Assembly (NCBI GenBank): GCA_946060685.1
Contig: CAMGOT010000001.1
Coordinates: 62-64,061 of the forward strand
Direction: 5' to 3'
DNA: 64,000 nt
DNA from: an uncultured Bacteroidales bacterium
Lineage (GTDB): Bacteria > Bacteroidota > Bacteroidia > Bacteroidales > Bacteroidaceae
A program made the translations under genes and the position numbers. Shown one piece after another: positions 19,673 through 28,741 of this stretch (the first letter of the stretch is position 1; every line of letters starts with the position of its first letter). Under the pieces are notes generated by a model that did no database searches, was not told where the DNA came from, and saw nothing but the letters and a program-made list of their open reading frames with translations.

Positions 19673-21544
19673 ATGGCATTCCTCAGCGTATTTTTTTATC
19701 GACTATCCCTTATGATTTCAGAAAGAATGTCCCGGGGCTATTGGCTGCTGCTGGGCATGATTTTCGTGCTGCTCGTCGTGACCGGCTGCGCGCGCCAACT
19801 GCGGGATGAGAGCACTGAAGTGGCTTCCGATGGTGCCTTCCGTGCCCGTGCCCTGCTCTCCCGGCAGCAGCAGCGCGACTACGACAAGCTCTTCCTTGAG
19901 GCCCTGAAGCAGAAGTACACCGACCACACCGATGCCGCCCGCGAATTGCTCGCCGCCGCCCTGGACATCAATCCCAATGCCTCCGAAGCCCTCTATGAGT
20001 TAGGCAAGCTGGAGACGTCGCTATTCTCCGCCAAGACCGACAGCGCCACCGTGGCCCAGGCCGACGAGATGCTCCTCCGCGCGTACCAGCTGGAACCCTC
20101 CAACCCCTACTACTGCCGCACGCTGGCCCAGCGCTGGGTTCAGGTCGGCAAGTACGCCCGTGCCGCTGCCCTCTACGAGCAGATGACCCGAGTGCATCCC
20201 CACGGCGAAGACTTGGGGCTTCTCATCAAAATCTACGAGATGATTCCCGACAACGAGGCCGCCCTCCGCACTGTGGAGCGGCTGGAGCAGGTGGAGGGTG
20301 CCGACGAGACCACCGTCCTGGAGCGATTCACCATTCTCCTCAACATGGGCCGTCGCGACGCCGCCTTCCAGCTCGTGGAGCAGATGTGTGCCGATCATCC
20401 CGACGAGTTGCGCTATCGCGTCATGCTCGGCGACCTCTATATGCAGAACGGCCTTCGCGAGAAGGCGTTCGCCATCTACGATGAAGTCCTCGCCCGGGAT
20501 CCCGACAACAGTTTCGTGCGTATCGCCATGCTGCAATACCATGCCGAGACGGGCGATTCCCTTCGCTTCGAGCAGGAGATGACAGCCATCCTGCGCGATG
20601 TCCGCGTGGAGAATCATCAGAAATACGCCCTGCTCAAGACCTGCACGCAGGCGCAGCTGGGGCATGCGCTGAACGTCGACCCCCTCACGCTGCTCGGCTT
20701 CTACCGCACGGCGCTGGAGATTCCCCAGGAAACGAGCGAGGTCGGCGAGCTGTGCCTGGCCTACATCGAGGCTGCCAAGCTCCCCGAGGATTCCGCCCGC
20801 TTCGCCTACGATGCCATCCTGCGCGACCAGCCCGAGCATCTCAAGGCCCGGCTGGGCAAACTCGTTTCCCTCGTGCGCCAGGGCGACACGCAGCTGCTTG
20901 CCCCCCTTTGCCACGAAGGCCGCATCCACCATCCCGAGATGCTCATCTTCTACTACTACGAAGGCGCGGCATTGATTCAGGACGACGCCACCGCGGAGGG
21001 CATGGCGGTGCTGGAAGCCGGGGTAGAATGGGCCGCCGCCCACGGTGAGGCCTACGAGGACGATGCCCTCATCCTCTCCGACATCTACCAGATGCTGGGC
21101 GACTCCTATCATGCCGAGGGCGACCGGCAGCGTTGCTATGAAGCCTACGAGCAGGCACTGGCCTGCAACCCCGAGAATCTCGTCGTCCTCAACAACTATG
21201 CCTATTTCCTCTCGCTCGACGGCATCTCCCTGGAGAAGGCGGAGACGATGAGCCGCAAGGTCATCGATGCCGAGCCCGACAACGCCACCTACCTCGACAC
21301 CTACGCCTGGGTGCTCTATTGCCTGGGCCGGTACCCCCAGGCGCGCATCTACATCGAGCAGACCTTCCGCAGCCTCACAGCCGAAGAGCGCGAGTCGGCC
21401 TCGTCGGCCTCGCTCTACGACCATGCCGGCGACATCTATCTGAAGTGTGGCGACCGCAAGCAGGCCATCGAGCATTGGCAGAAGGCCGCCGAACTGACCG
21501 ACGATGCCGCCCTGCAGCAGCAGCTCCAGAAGAAGCTCCGCTGA
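19673..21544 (+). CDS. TPR-repeat lipoprotein (start uncertain, 19673-19727)
   Basis: VVTGC lipobox, multiple TPRs, LNNYAY..YLDTYAWV; conserved dut-TPR-DUF4292-EnvC context. Confidence 0.85.
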   Translation: MAFLSVFFYRLSLMISERMSRGYWLLLGMIFVLLVVTGCARQLRDESTEVASDGAFRARALLSRQQQRDYDKLFLEALKQKYTDHTDAARELLAAALDINPNASEALYELGKLETSLFSAKTDSATVAQADEMLLRAYQLEPSNPYYCRTLAQRWVQVGKYARAAALYEQMTRVHPHGEDLGLLIKIYEMIPDNEAALRTVERLEQVEGADETTVLERFTILLNMGRRDAAFQLVEQMCADHPDELRYRVMLGDLYMQNGLREKAFAIYDEVLARDPDNSFVRIAMLQYHAETGDSLRFEQEMTAILRDVRVENHQKYALLKTCTQAQLGHALNVDPLTLLGFYRTALEIPQETSEVGELCLAYIEAAKLPEDSARFAYDAILRDQPEHLKARLGKLVSLVRQGDTQLLAPLCHEGRIHHPEMLIFYYYEGAALIQDDATAEGMAVLEAGVEWAAAHGEAYEDDALILSDIYQMLGDSYHAEGDRQRCYEAYEQALACNPENLVVLNNYAYFLSLDGISLEKAETMSRKVIDAEPDNATYLDTYAWVLYCLGRYPQARIYIEQTFRSLTAEERESASSASLYDHAGDIYLKCGDRKQAIEHWQKAAELTDDAALQQQLQKKLR

Positions 21545-21671
21545 CACTGCCGCGCCGGCCCCCTTCCCCTTCCGCCGCCATGGCCCCCTCCTCCTCCGGG
21601 AAGCATCGCCACGTTTCAGCTTCCGCTGCTCCCCGCCCCTCCCATTCCCACGTCAAACCCCGATTCCAACG

Positions 21672-22340
21672 ATGAAACGAACACTGATTTACGGCCTTTT
21701 GGCCATCCTTAGCATGCTGTTGCTGGGCAGTTGTGCCGGCCAGCGTGCCCTCACAGGACCCGTGGATGCCGTTTCGGCCCGCATCGATGCCCAGGTGAAA
21801 GCCCTGCGTCTCGACGAGACGGCAGGCGGCAACATCAAGATGAAGCGCGGCGAGGCCATCCAGCTCAGCCTCACGAAATTCGGCATCGAGGGCGTGCGCG
21901 TCGTCTTCACCCCCGACAGCATCCTCTTCCTGAACAAGCTGAGCAAGACCTATCTCCGCACCTCCTTCCGCGATGCCGACCGTGCCCTGACGGGCGGCGA
22001 CGGCACGCTGAACTTTGCCAACGTCGAAGCCTATTTCTGGAACGACTGGCAGACGGGCAGCGATGATGCCGTGCTGCCCGTGGGCGGCATGTTCCCCGTC
22101 GAGCTCCACACCTCCTATGGCCGGAGCCTCCGCGTGGGCGAGCACCGCCTTCCCCTCCGCATCACCATGGAGCTGAGTGCCGCCGACGGTGCCGTCGAGA
22201 CGGGCAGCGTCAAGCTCAAGCTCTCGAAGGTGAAGGCCGCCGACCACTGGACTCCCAACACCCAGGTGCCCTCGAAATACCGCAGCCTCAACGCCGTGAA
22301 GCTGCTTCGCGGACTCCTTGGAAAGGCCGCCTCCAAATAG
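21672..22340 (+). CDS. DUF4292 domain lipoprotein
   Basis: LLGSC lipobox, IKMKRGEAIQLS..FTPDSILFLNK; gene context. Confidence 0.75.
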   Translation: MKRTLIYGLLAILSMLLLGSCAGQRALTGPVDAVSARIDAQVKALRLDETAGGNIKMKRGEAIQLSLTKFGIEGVRVVFTPDSILFLNKLSKTYLRTSFRDADRALTGGDGTLNFANVEAYFWNDWQTGSDDAVLPVGGMFPVELHTSYGRSLRVGEHRLPLRITMELSAADGAVETGSVKLKLSKVKAADHWTPNTQVPSKYRSLNAVKLLRGLLGKAASK

Positions 22341-22450
22341 CGCGCCCCGGCCTCCCGCCGGCATCCTTTCCGCCTCCCCGGCCGCCTTCTTTCCCCCAGC
22401 GTCCATCCCTCCCCCATTCCATTCCCATCCATCCCTCCTCCTTTTCCATC

Positions 22451-24016
22451 ATGCGCCAGTTCCTTTTCTTCCTTCTGATCTGCTTCACGCTCTCCCTTGG
22501 TGCCCAGCAGCCAAAGTCGTCGGGCCAGAAGTCCAAGACCACCGCCGTGAGCCAAAAGAAGACCACTGCCACGAAGAAGTCCGCCACTCCCGCCAAGTCT
22601 TCCTCCGCGAAGAAGCCCACCGCCGCGAAGAAGCCCTCCGCTTCCAAGCAGAAATCGGCTTCCGGGAAAAAGTCCTCCGGCAAGAAGTCCACGCCCAGCG
22701 TGCCGATGACGAAGGACATCAAGCGGCTGAAGAACGAGCACGAGAGCCTGCTGAAGCAAATCAACGAGTCGCAGACGCTCCTCTCCTCGACGAAGAAGAA
22801 CGTGAAGTCGCAGCTGGCCAGCCTCGCCCTCATCGACGGCAAGATTGATGCCCAGCAGAAGTATGTGCGTACGATTCAGAGCGAGGTCGACACCCTGGCC
22901 TACAACCTTCGCGTGCTGAGCCAGCAGCTGATGCGCCTGGAGGAAGAATTGCAGGAGTGCAAGCGCAAATACTCGAAAGGCGTGATGTACATGTACCGCA
23001 ACCGCCAGGCGCAGAACAAGCTGATGTTCATCTTCTCCGCCGACGATTTCCAGCAGATGTACCGCCGCCTGCGCTACGTCCAGGAGTACGCCCGCTACCA
23101 GCGTGCGCAGGGCCGCATCATCGAGCAGAAGGAGCAGGAGATCGAGGCGAAGCGCGCCGAACTGGAGAGCACGCGCGTGCAGAAGCAGAGCCTGCTCAAC
23201 GAAGGCCGCCGGCAGCAGCAGATTCTTGAGGCCCAGAAGACGGAACGCCAAAAACTCGTGAACAAGCTCAACGAGAAGCAGCGGCAGCTTCAGAAGACGC
23301 TCCGCGACCAGCAGCGTAAGAGCGAACAGCTCAATGCCCGCATCGATGCCCTGATTCAGGAGGAAATCCGCAAGGCCGAGGAGCGGCGCCGGCAGGAGGA
23401 AGCCCGCCGTAAGGCCGAGCAGGAGCGGCTGGCCCGCGAGAAGGCCGCCGCCGAGAAGAAGCGCGCCGCTGCCGCATCGTCCGGCAAGGGCTCCTCGAAG
23501 TCCTCCTCCAGGAGTTCGTCGAAATCCTCCGCCTCCTCCGGCACGTCGTCGGCCTCGAAGTCGTCGCCGAAGTTCAACGCCCCCGACGAGACCGACCTCC
23601 GCCTCTCCTCCAATTTCGCCGCCAACCAGGGCCGCCTGCCCATGCCCATCACGGGCAGCTACGTCGTCACCTCCGGCTTCGGCCGTGTGAATGCCGAGGG
23701 CCTCAAGGGCGTTTACCTCGACAACAAGGGCATCGACATCACCGGCAAGAGCGGCGCCCAGGCCCGCTGCGTCTTCGACGGCGAAGTCTCCGCCGTGTTC
23801 AGCATGGGCGGCATGACCAATGTCCTCGTGCGCCATGGCAAGTACATCACCGTCTATTGCAATCTCGCCTCCGCCAGCGTGCGCACGGGCCAGAAGGTGA
23901 GCACGAACCAGACGCTCGGCCCCGTAGCCCGCGACGAGAACGGCAACGTGACGCTCCATTTCCAGATTCGCCGCGAGACCACCAAGCTGAATCCCTCCTC
24001 GTGGCTGCGGCACTGA
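22451..24016 (+). CDS. murein hydrolase activator EnvC family (coiled coil + M23-like domain)
   Basis: Signal peptide, K/S/A-rich region, long coiled coil, GRLPMP..NKGIDI..LHFQIR. Confidence 0.88.
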   Translation: MRQFLFFLLICFTLSLGAQQPKSSGQKSKTTAVSQKKTTATKKSATPAKSSSAKKPTAAKKPSASKQKSASGKKSSGKKSTPSVPMTKDIKRLKNEHESLLKQINESQTLLSSTKKNVKSQLASLALIDGKIDAQQKYVRTIQSEVDTLAYNLRVLSQQLMRLEEELQECKRKYSKGVMYMYRNRQAQNKLMFIFSADDFQQMYRRLRYVQEYARYQRAQGRIIEQKEQEIEAKRAELESTRVQKQSLLNEGRRQQQILEAQKTERQKLVNKLNEKQRQLQKTLRDQQRKSEQLNARIDALIQEEIRKAEERRRQEEARRKAEQERLAREKAAAEKKRAAAASSGKGSSKSSSRSSSKSSASSGTSSASKSSPKFNAPDETDLRLSSNFAANQGRLPMPITGSYVVTSGFGRVNAEGLKGVYLDNKGIDITGKSGAQARCVFDGEVSAVFSMGGMTNVLVRHGKYITVYCNLASASVRTGQKVSTNQTLGPVARDENGNVTLHFQIRRETTKLNPSSWLRH

Positions 24017-24070
24017 GCCGCCGGCCCCTCTCACTCCTTTGTTCAGATATGGAAAAACACCGTTCAAAAT

Positions 24071-24538
24071 ATGAAAAGCGAAAGAATAGAAATTTTACGC
24101 AGCATCCTTACATTTAAGGATATCCGCACGCAGGAGAGCCTGCTGAAGGAACTGGAGAAAGCGGGCCACCCCGTCACCCAGGCCACGCTCTCCCGCGACC
24201 TCCAGCACCTGAAGGCCGCCAAGGTGGCCTTCCCCGACGGCTACCGCTACATCATCCCCGAGATGCGCGTCGAGTCCTCCCCGAAGATTCGCATCAAGCC
24301 CGTCGGCGGGAAGCACGACATCGACTTCATGGGCTATGAGGTGGCCGGCGGCATGGTCGTCGTCCACACCCGCCCCGGCTACGCCCAGGGCCTCGCCGCC
24401 GACATCGACCAGTTCCAGTTCGACAGCGTGGCAGGCACCGTGGCCGGCAACAACACCATCCTCATCGTCATCCGCAACGGCTACACCTCCGGGCAGGTCG
24501 TCGAGGACCTCTCCACCATCCTCCCCATCCCGCAGTAG
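24071..24538 (+). CDS. argR: arginine repressor
   Basis: TQESL, VTQATLSRDL, TRPGYA, GTVAGNNT. Confidence 0.9.
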   Translation: MKSERIEILRSILTFKDIRTQESLLKELEKAGHPVTQATLSRDLQHLKAAKVAFPDGYRYIIPEMRVESSPKIRIKPVGGKHDIDFMGYEVAGGMVVVHTRPGYAQGLAADIDQFQFDSVAGTVAGNNTILIVIRNGYTSGQVVEDLSTILPIPQ

Positions 24539-24577
24539 CCGTTCGCTATCCCGCATTCACCCTCATTCCTGCACAAG

Positions 24578-24624
24578 AAGGGGGCGCGACAACCGCATTG
24601 ACGGTCGTTCGCGCCCCCTTTTTC
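24578..24624. terminator. bidirectional terminator between argR and the sialidase
   Basis: AAGGGGGCGCGA..TCGCGCCCCCTT stem with flanking T/A tracts. Confidence 0.7.
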
Positions 24625-24711
24625 ATGTCCCGGCTTCCCGTGCGGCCCATGCCGTGCGTTGCAGCCTTTCGCCCGCTTCGGCAGCCGCCGGGATGTGCGG
24701 GCATTGCCGTA

Positions 24712-27700
24712 TTATTTCACGATTATCTTCTTTCCTGCGGCAATGTAGATGCCCTTTCCGGCCTGCTCCACCCGGCGGCCCTGCAAGTCGTAGAGCGAGG
24801 TGGCCGTGGTCTCAGCGCCGATGCGCCCGATGCCGTCCGGCAGTTCCGTCTCCTCCAGGAGCAGTGCCGAGGAGAAAGTGTCGTTGTAGTACGCATCGCC
24901 CGCGCCGTCATAGGCCGTCGCGTTCTTCACCACGAAGTAGCCCTTCTTGGCCGGGTCGTTGCGCACGCCCCACATCGCCACGCGTCCGAATATCTCTTCC
25001 GCCTTTGCGCTCACGTTGGCCCCCTTCAGTTTCTCCACCGTCAGTTCCGCCTGCTGCGCATATTCCGGAGCGTAGCCCTTGTTGGCGTTGTAGCCGTTCG
25101 ACGAGCCTCCCGTCGTGGCCCCCCTGTAGACGAGGTAGCGCCCGTCGGCATCGCGGAAGTTGAATTTTCCCGCCTCCTGCCCCAGGCTGCACGTCAGTTT
25201 CGCCGTGGCGGGGTAGCCGGCATTCGTCGTCTCGTCGGTGGCCGCCAGGTTGTAGCAATCGTTGGCGGCATCGTAGTACATGTAGGAGCGCAGTCCGCTC
25301 TTCGCCACGCAGGTGATGGTGTAGGTCTTCCCCTCCTCCGGCAGTTGGATGTCGTCGGTGGCCACGAAGTCGTCGATGCTGGCGTTCATCTCCTCCACCA
25401 TCTCCCGGCTGATGTCGGCAGCGGCATTGACCTCCTGCTCCACCTTCGCCACGGCCTCGTCGAGCGTGGCCCGTTCGGCCGCCGTAGCGCTGGGATAGCC
25501 CACTCCCGTCATGCCGAGCAGTGCTCGCGCTTTCTCCAGTGCCGCCTTCATCTCCGGTGTGAAGTCGGTCTGGTCGGGGTCAATGCCTTGGAGAAAATTT
25601 CTGATGGCATCCGTCTCCTGGTACGTGGGGTTGTCGCTCAGGTTGTCGATGGCCTCGCGCATTTTCGCCTTGAGTGCCTCGCTGATGCCGGCCCCCTCCA
25701 TGAGTTCGCTGAAGTAGGCCTTGAGGATGTCGCGTCGGCTGATGTCGCGCTTCACGCTGTAGGCCTTGTCGGTGATTTGCTCCAGGGAGATGGGCGTATA
25801 GATGCCGTCGTAGCCGTCGTTGTTGTGGCCGTCCTTCTTCCCGATGTACCGATAGTTCTCCTCGAAGAAGAATCCGATTTTGTCGTCCTTCTGGAGGCAC
25901 ATGGTGGAATAGGCCGAAGTGGTGGTGCTCACCTGGTAGGCCCCGTCCCAATTTCCGGCGAAGGAAGCCTCGTCCTGCCAGTCGTCGGCAGCGGCCAGTT
26001 CCTTGTAGAAGATGCCCACATTGCTTCGGCTGGCCGCCATGGGCACCGACTGCAGCGCCACGTAGACCTCCGCGCCGTCCTCGTTGCGCACGGCCGGTAC
26101 GATGAGGATTTCGCCGTTCGTGCTGTTGCCGCCGATGGCAATACCCTTGTTGCTGCTGCTGGAATAGGTCTGCTCGCCCCATTCGCCCTCCGCCGTGGCG
26201 GTGTTGGTGAAGGAGTAGATGTTGTAGTAGCGTCCGCCGCCGCACCGGCTGGAGATGAGCACGCGTCCGTCGGGGAGCTCCTCGCATTTCGGTTCGTCGC
26301 CGCTCGGCACGGGCAGTGCCGATGCTCCTCCCAGTGCCTTCCACGACTTTCCGAAGTCGTCGGAGTAGATGACACGGTTGCCGTTGGGCTTCGCGCAGAG
26401 GGCGGCATAGAGGCGATAGTGCGACCCCACCTTCACCGTCTTGCTCTGGCATATCTTTCCGCTGCCCACAAACATGCTCTGCACCACATTTCCCTCGTCG
26501 AAGAGCGTGTAGATGTCCTCGGTGATTTCCTCCGGCTCGTCCCACGTCAGTCCGCCGTCGTGGCTGTAGTGGCGTGCGATGCGGTTGGGATTTTCCCGAG
26601 TGGCATAGGCGTAGATGGTGTTGCCCGTCACGCTGATGACGAGCACGTCGTTGTCGTTCTCACAGTCGGCCACGATGGCAGGGTCGCCGTATCCGCATTT
26701 CGGGTCGCCCTTGATGCCGTTGCCCTCCGCCATCACCATGGTGTCGCTCCAGGATGCGCCGTTGTCCTCGCTCACGCGGTAGTGGAGGTCCACCTGTCCG
26801 TAGCCGATGTCGGTGCCGCACACGAGATATCCGTTCACGGCGATGAGGCGTCCCGTCTGCGAGGTGGCGGCAATGGCCGGAATGCGGTAGGGAATCTCCG
26901 CTGTCTCGGTGTCGAAGAGCTTGGTGCGCTCCAGGGAATTTTCGTCGTAGGGCGTGTAGTACACCTGCAGGCGCTTCACGAGAATGCCCTTGTTCTCCTG
27001 CTCGCAGGCGATGCTGAAGGAAGTGCTCTTGCGGAGGATGTCCCTCACGCCCACGGTGCTCACCTCGCTGCCCTCGGCCGTCACGGCCTCTCCGCCTTCC
27101 GCCGGCGTGACGGTCATCACGTTCGCCGCCACATCATTGGCAAACTCCAGGTCGTAGCCCAGGATGCGGTAGCCCGGGGCGACGGCGATGGTGTAGGTGT
27201 TCTGCTTGTTGTTCAGGCCCGTGTACATCTGTATGCCTCCGTCGCCGGCCTTCATGTTGTTGCGGTCGACGCTCACGGTCATCTCCGGCTCCTTCTCCGT
27301 GGAGGTCCATCGTGCCGCCCAAGTGGAGGAAGTGCCGGGAAGCTGCGAGAAGGTGCCCGTCGTGGCATCGACGCTGATGGAGGGTGCCGTCTGGAGGGCA
27401 TTGAATTCGGCACACGTCAGCCAGTCGGCATCCGTCGTCACCGTAGCGTCGGCCACGAAGAGGATATATCGTGCGCGCTTCTGCTCGGTGAATTCGAAAG
27501 TCTTGATTTCCGAGCTTCCCGTCCACGACCAGTTGCCCTCAGCGGCCGGAGTGCCGAGAGCGTCGGTCGAGAGTGCGGCATCCTTCCCCGCCAGTCCCGT
27601 GAGACGGTCGAAGCCTCCGAAGGGCATTTCGCTCTCCTCGTTGTAGAGATACACGCGCCATGCCGTGGGCTTCGTGCCGTCGACCTTGTCGGTACGTCCC

Positions 27701-27984
27701 TGATAGTTGAATCCCGTGAGGTCATGTTCCTCCGCCATGTCGATGAGGAAGGCCTGCGGCATTCCCTTTCCCGTCTTGCTGCCGCTCCAGTCGGAGTGGT
27801 ACCAGGTGCTGGCGTTTCCGTCGATGGCCGCTTCCACGCGTCCGTCGGCTGCATTTTCGATGTTGGTCGTCGCACTGCTGTAGGCGGTGATTCTCCATCC
27901 CGAGCGGTCGATTTCCACCTGCTGTGCGGATGCCGTGGCGAGGGCGAGCCACATCGCAACGGCCAGAGTGTAGGTTTTCTTCAT
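24712..27984 (-). CDS. secreted multi-domain sialidase (CBM32/F5-8 + GH33 + T9SS C-terminal domain)
   Basis: Signal peptide; AIDGNASTWYHS (CBM32); YRIP; Asp-boxes SEDNGASW, SHDGGLTW, SDDFGKSW; C-terminal LYDLQGRRV..KGIYI..KKIIVK. Confidence 0.9.
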   Translation of the reverse strand: MKKTYTLAVAMWLALATASAQQVEIDRSGWRITAYSSATTNIENAADGRVEAAIDGNASTWYHSDWSGSKTGKGMPQAFLIDMAEEHDLTGFNYQGRTDKVDGTKPTAWRVYLYNEESEMPFGGFDRLTGLAGKDAALSTDALGTPAAEGNWSWTGSSEIKTFEFTEQKRARYILFVADATVTTDADWLTCAEFNALQTAPSISVDATTGTFSQLPGTSSTWAARWTSTEKEPEMTVSVDRNNMKAGDGGIQMYTGLNNKQNTYTIAVAPGYRILGYDLEFANDVAANVMTVTPAEGGEAVTAEGSEVSTVGVRDILRKSTSFSIACEQENKGILVKRLQVYYTPYDENSLERTKLFDTETAEIPYRIPAIAATSQTGRLIAVNGYLVCGTDIGYGQVDLHYRVSEDNGASWSDTMVMAEGNGIKGDPKCGYGDPAIVADCENDNDVLVISVTGNTIYAYATRENPNRIARHYSHDGGLTWDEPEEITEDIYTLFDEGNVVQSMFVGSGKICQSKTVKVGSHYRLYAALCAKPNGNRVIYSDDFGKSWKALGGASALPVPSGDEPKCEELPDGRVLISSRCGGGRYYNIYSFTNTATAEGEWGEQTYSSSSNKGIAIGGNSTNGEILIVPAVRNEDGAEVYVALQSVPMAASRSNVGIFYKELAAADDWQDEASFAGNWDGAYQVSTTTSAYSTMCLQKDDKIGFFFEENYRYIGKKDGHNNDGYDGIYTPISLEQITDKAYSVKRDISRRDILKAYFSELMEGAGISEALKAKMREAIDNLSDNPTYQETDAIRNFLQGIDPDQTDFTPEMKAALEKARALLGMTGVGYPSATAAERATLDEAVAKVEQEVNAAADISREMVEEMNASIDDFVATDDIQLPEEGKTYTITCVAKSGLRSYMYYDAANDCYNLAATDETTNAGYPATAKLTCSLGQEAGKFNFRDADGRYLVYRGATTGGSSNGYNANKGYAPEYAQQAELTVEKLKGANVSAKAEEIFGRVAMWGVRNDPAKKGYFVVKNATAYDGAGDAYYNDTFSSALLLEETELPDGIGRIGAETTATSLYDLQGRRVEQAGKGIYIAAGKKIIVK

Positions 27985-28054
27985 AGTATTATATATATAT
28001 ATAAATGAGTATTCGCGCCCCGTCGTCCGGCCTGGCAGCCGGTTCAGCTGCGTG

Positions 28055-28062
28055 CAAAGTTA
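28055..28062 (-). promoter_or_regulatory. -7 box TAACTTTG for the sialidase
   Basis: TAnnTTTG match. Confidence 0.55.
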
Positions 28063-28266
28063 AGAAAGGCAGGCTTTTCGGCCAACTCCCCTCGGCTTTT
28101 TTAGCAAATATTTACGCAATCTCTCCCCCGATTGCCATTTTCCGGCCTTCAGCGTGCGGCAAATCCCCGCTTCCCTGCGGCGGCATCACCAAGATGCAGT
28201 ATGCCTCCGCCCATAGGCCCGCCACATTACCCGATTTTCGGTATTGCCCGCGCGGCGGTTTCGCCG

Positions 28267-28274
28267 TAATTTTG
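28267..28274 (+). promoter_or_regulatory. -7 box TAATTTTG upstream of the DUF4374 remnant and PepSY gene
   Basis: TAnnTTTG match followed by CA. Confidence 0.55.
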
Positions 28275-28428
28275 CACCCGAAATCCTCCCTGGCGCCGCC
28301 GCCGCGCAATTCCGCCGCCGCCGCGCCCCATAGAAAGAAGAAACGGATAAGGGCAGCCCCGCTCCCTTATGGTACCACAGCAGCACCGTCCGTTTCTCCT
28401 TTTTTTTGTGCCCCTGTGGCCCGGGCGC

Positions 28429-28701
28429 ATGGCCGTCGTCGACATGAGCGAAAAGAGCCTGCGATGGGTGAGCGGACTGCCCGCCCCCTCCACCGTCTCC
28501 ATCGGATGGGGCGACGGCTGCGACGGCTGCTACTATCTCCCCATCGCCGCCCCCACCGACATGTCGGGGAGCAGCAGCGAGGCCTCCGCGCTCGTGCAGC
28601 CCGCCATCTGGCGCATCGACGCCGCTACGGGGCAGGCCGAACCCTTCATGACATTTGCCGAGACCGACCTGCTCAAGGCCGTCACTATCATCAAGCCGTA
28701 G
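28429..28701 (+). pseudogene. C-terminal remnant of a DUF4374-like lipoprotein
   Basis: AVVDMSEKSLRWVSGLP..PAIWRIDAATGQA resembles the DUF4374 C-terminus; sits directly before PepSY as in TBDR-DUF4374-PepSY operons; no signal peptide. Confidence 0.6.
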
Positions 28702-28741
28702 GGCTGCGCCATTTCCAACACATTCCATCATATCTTCCTTT

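Noticed and set aside
24598-28008. Very long antisense ORFs (1136 aa here; also 44393-48403, 36387-38711, 15437-17644, 22115-24067, 33281-35326)
   Set aside because: Shadow frames opposite well-supported genes, expected with high GC3; no recognisable motifs
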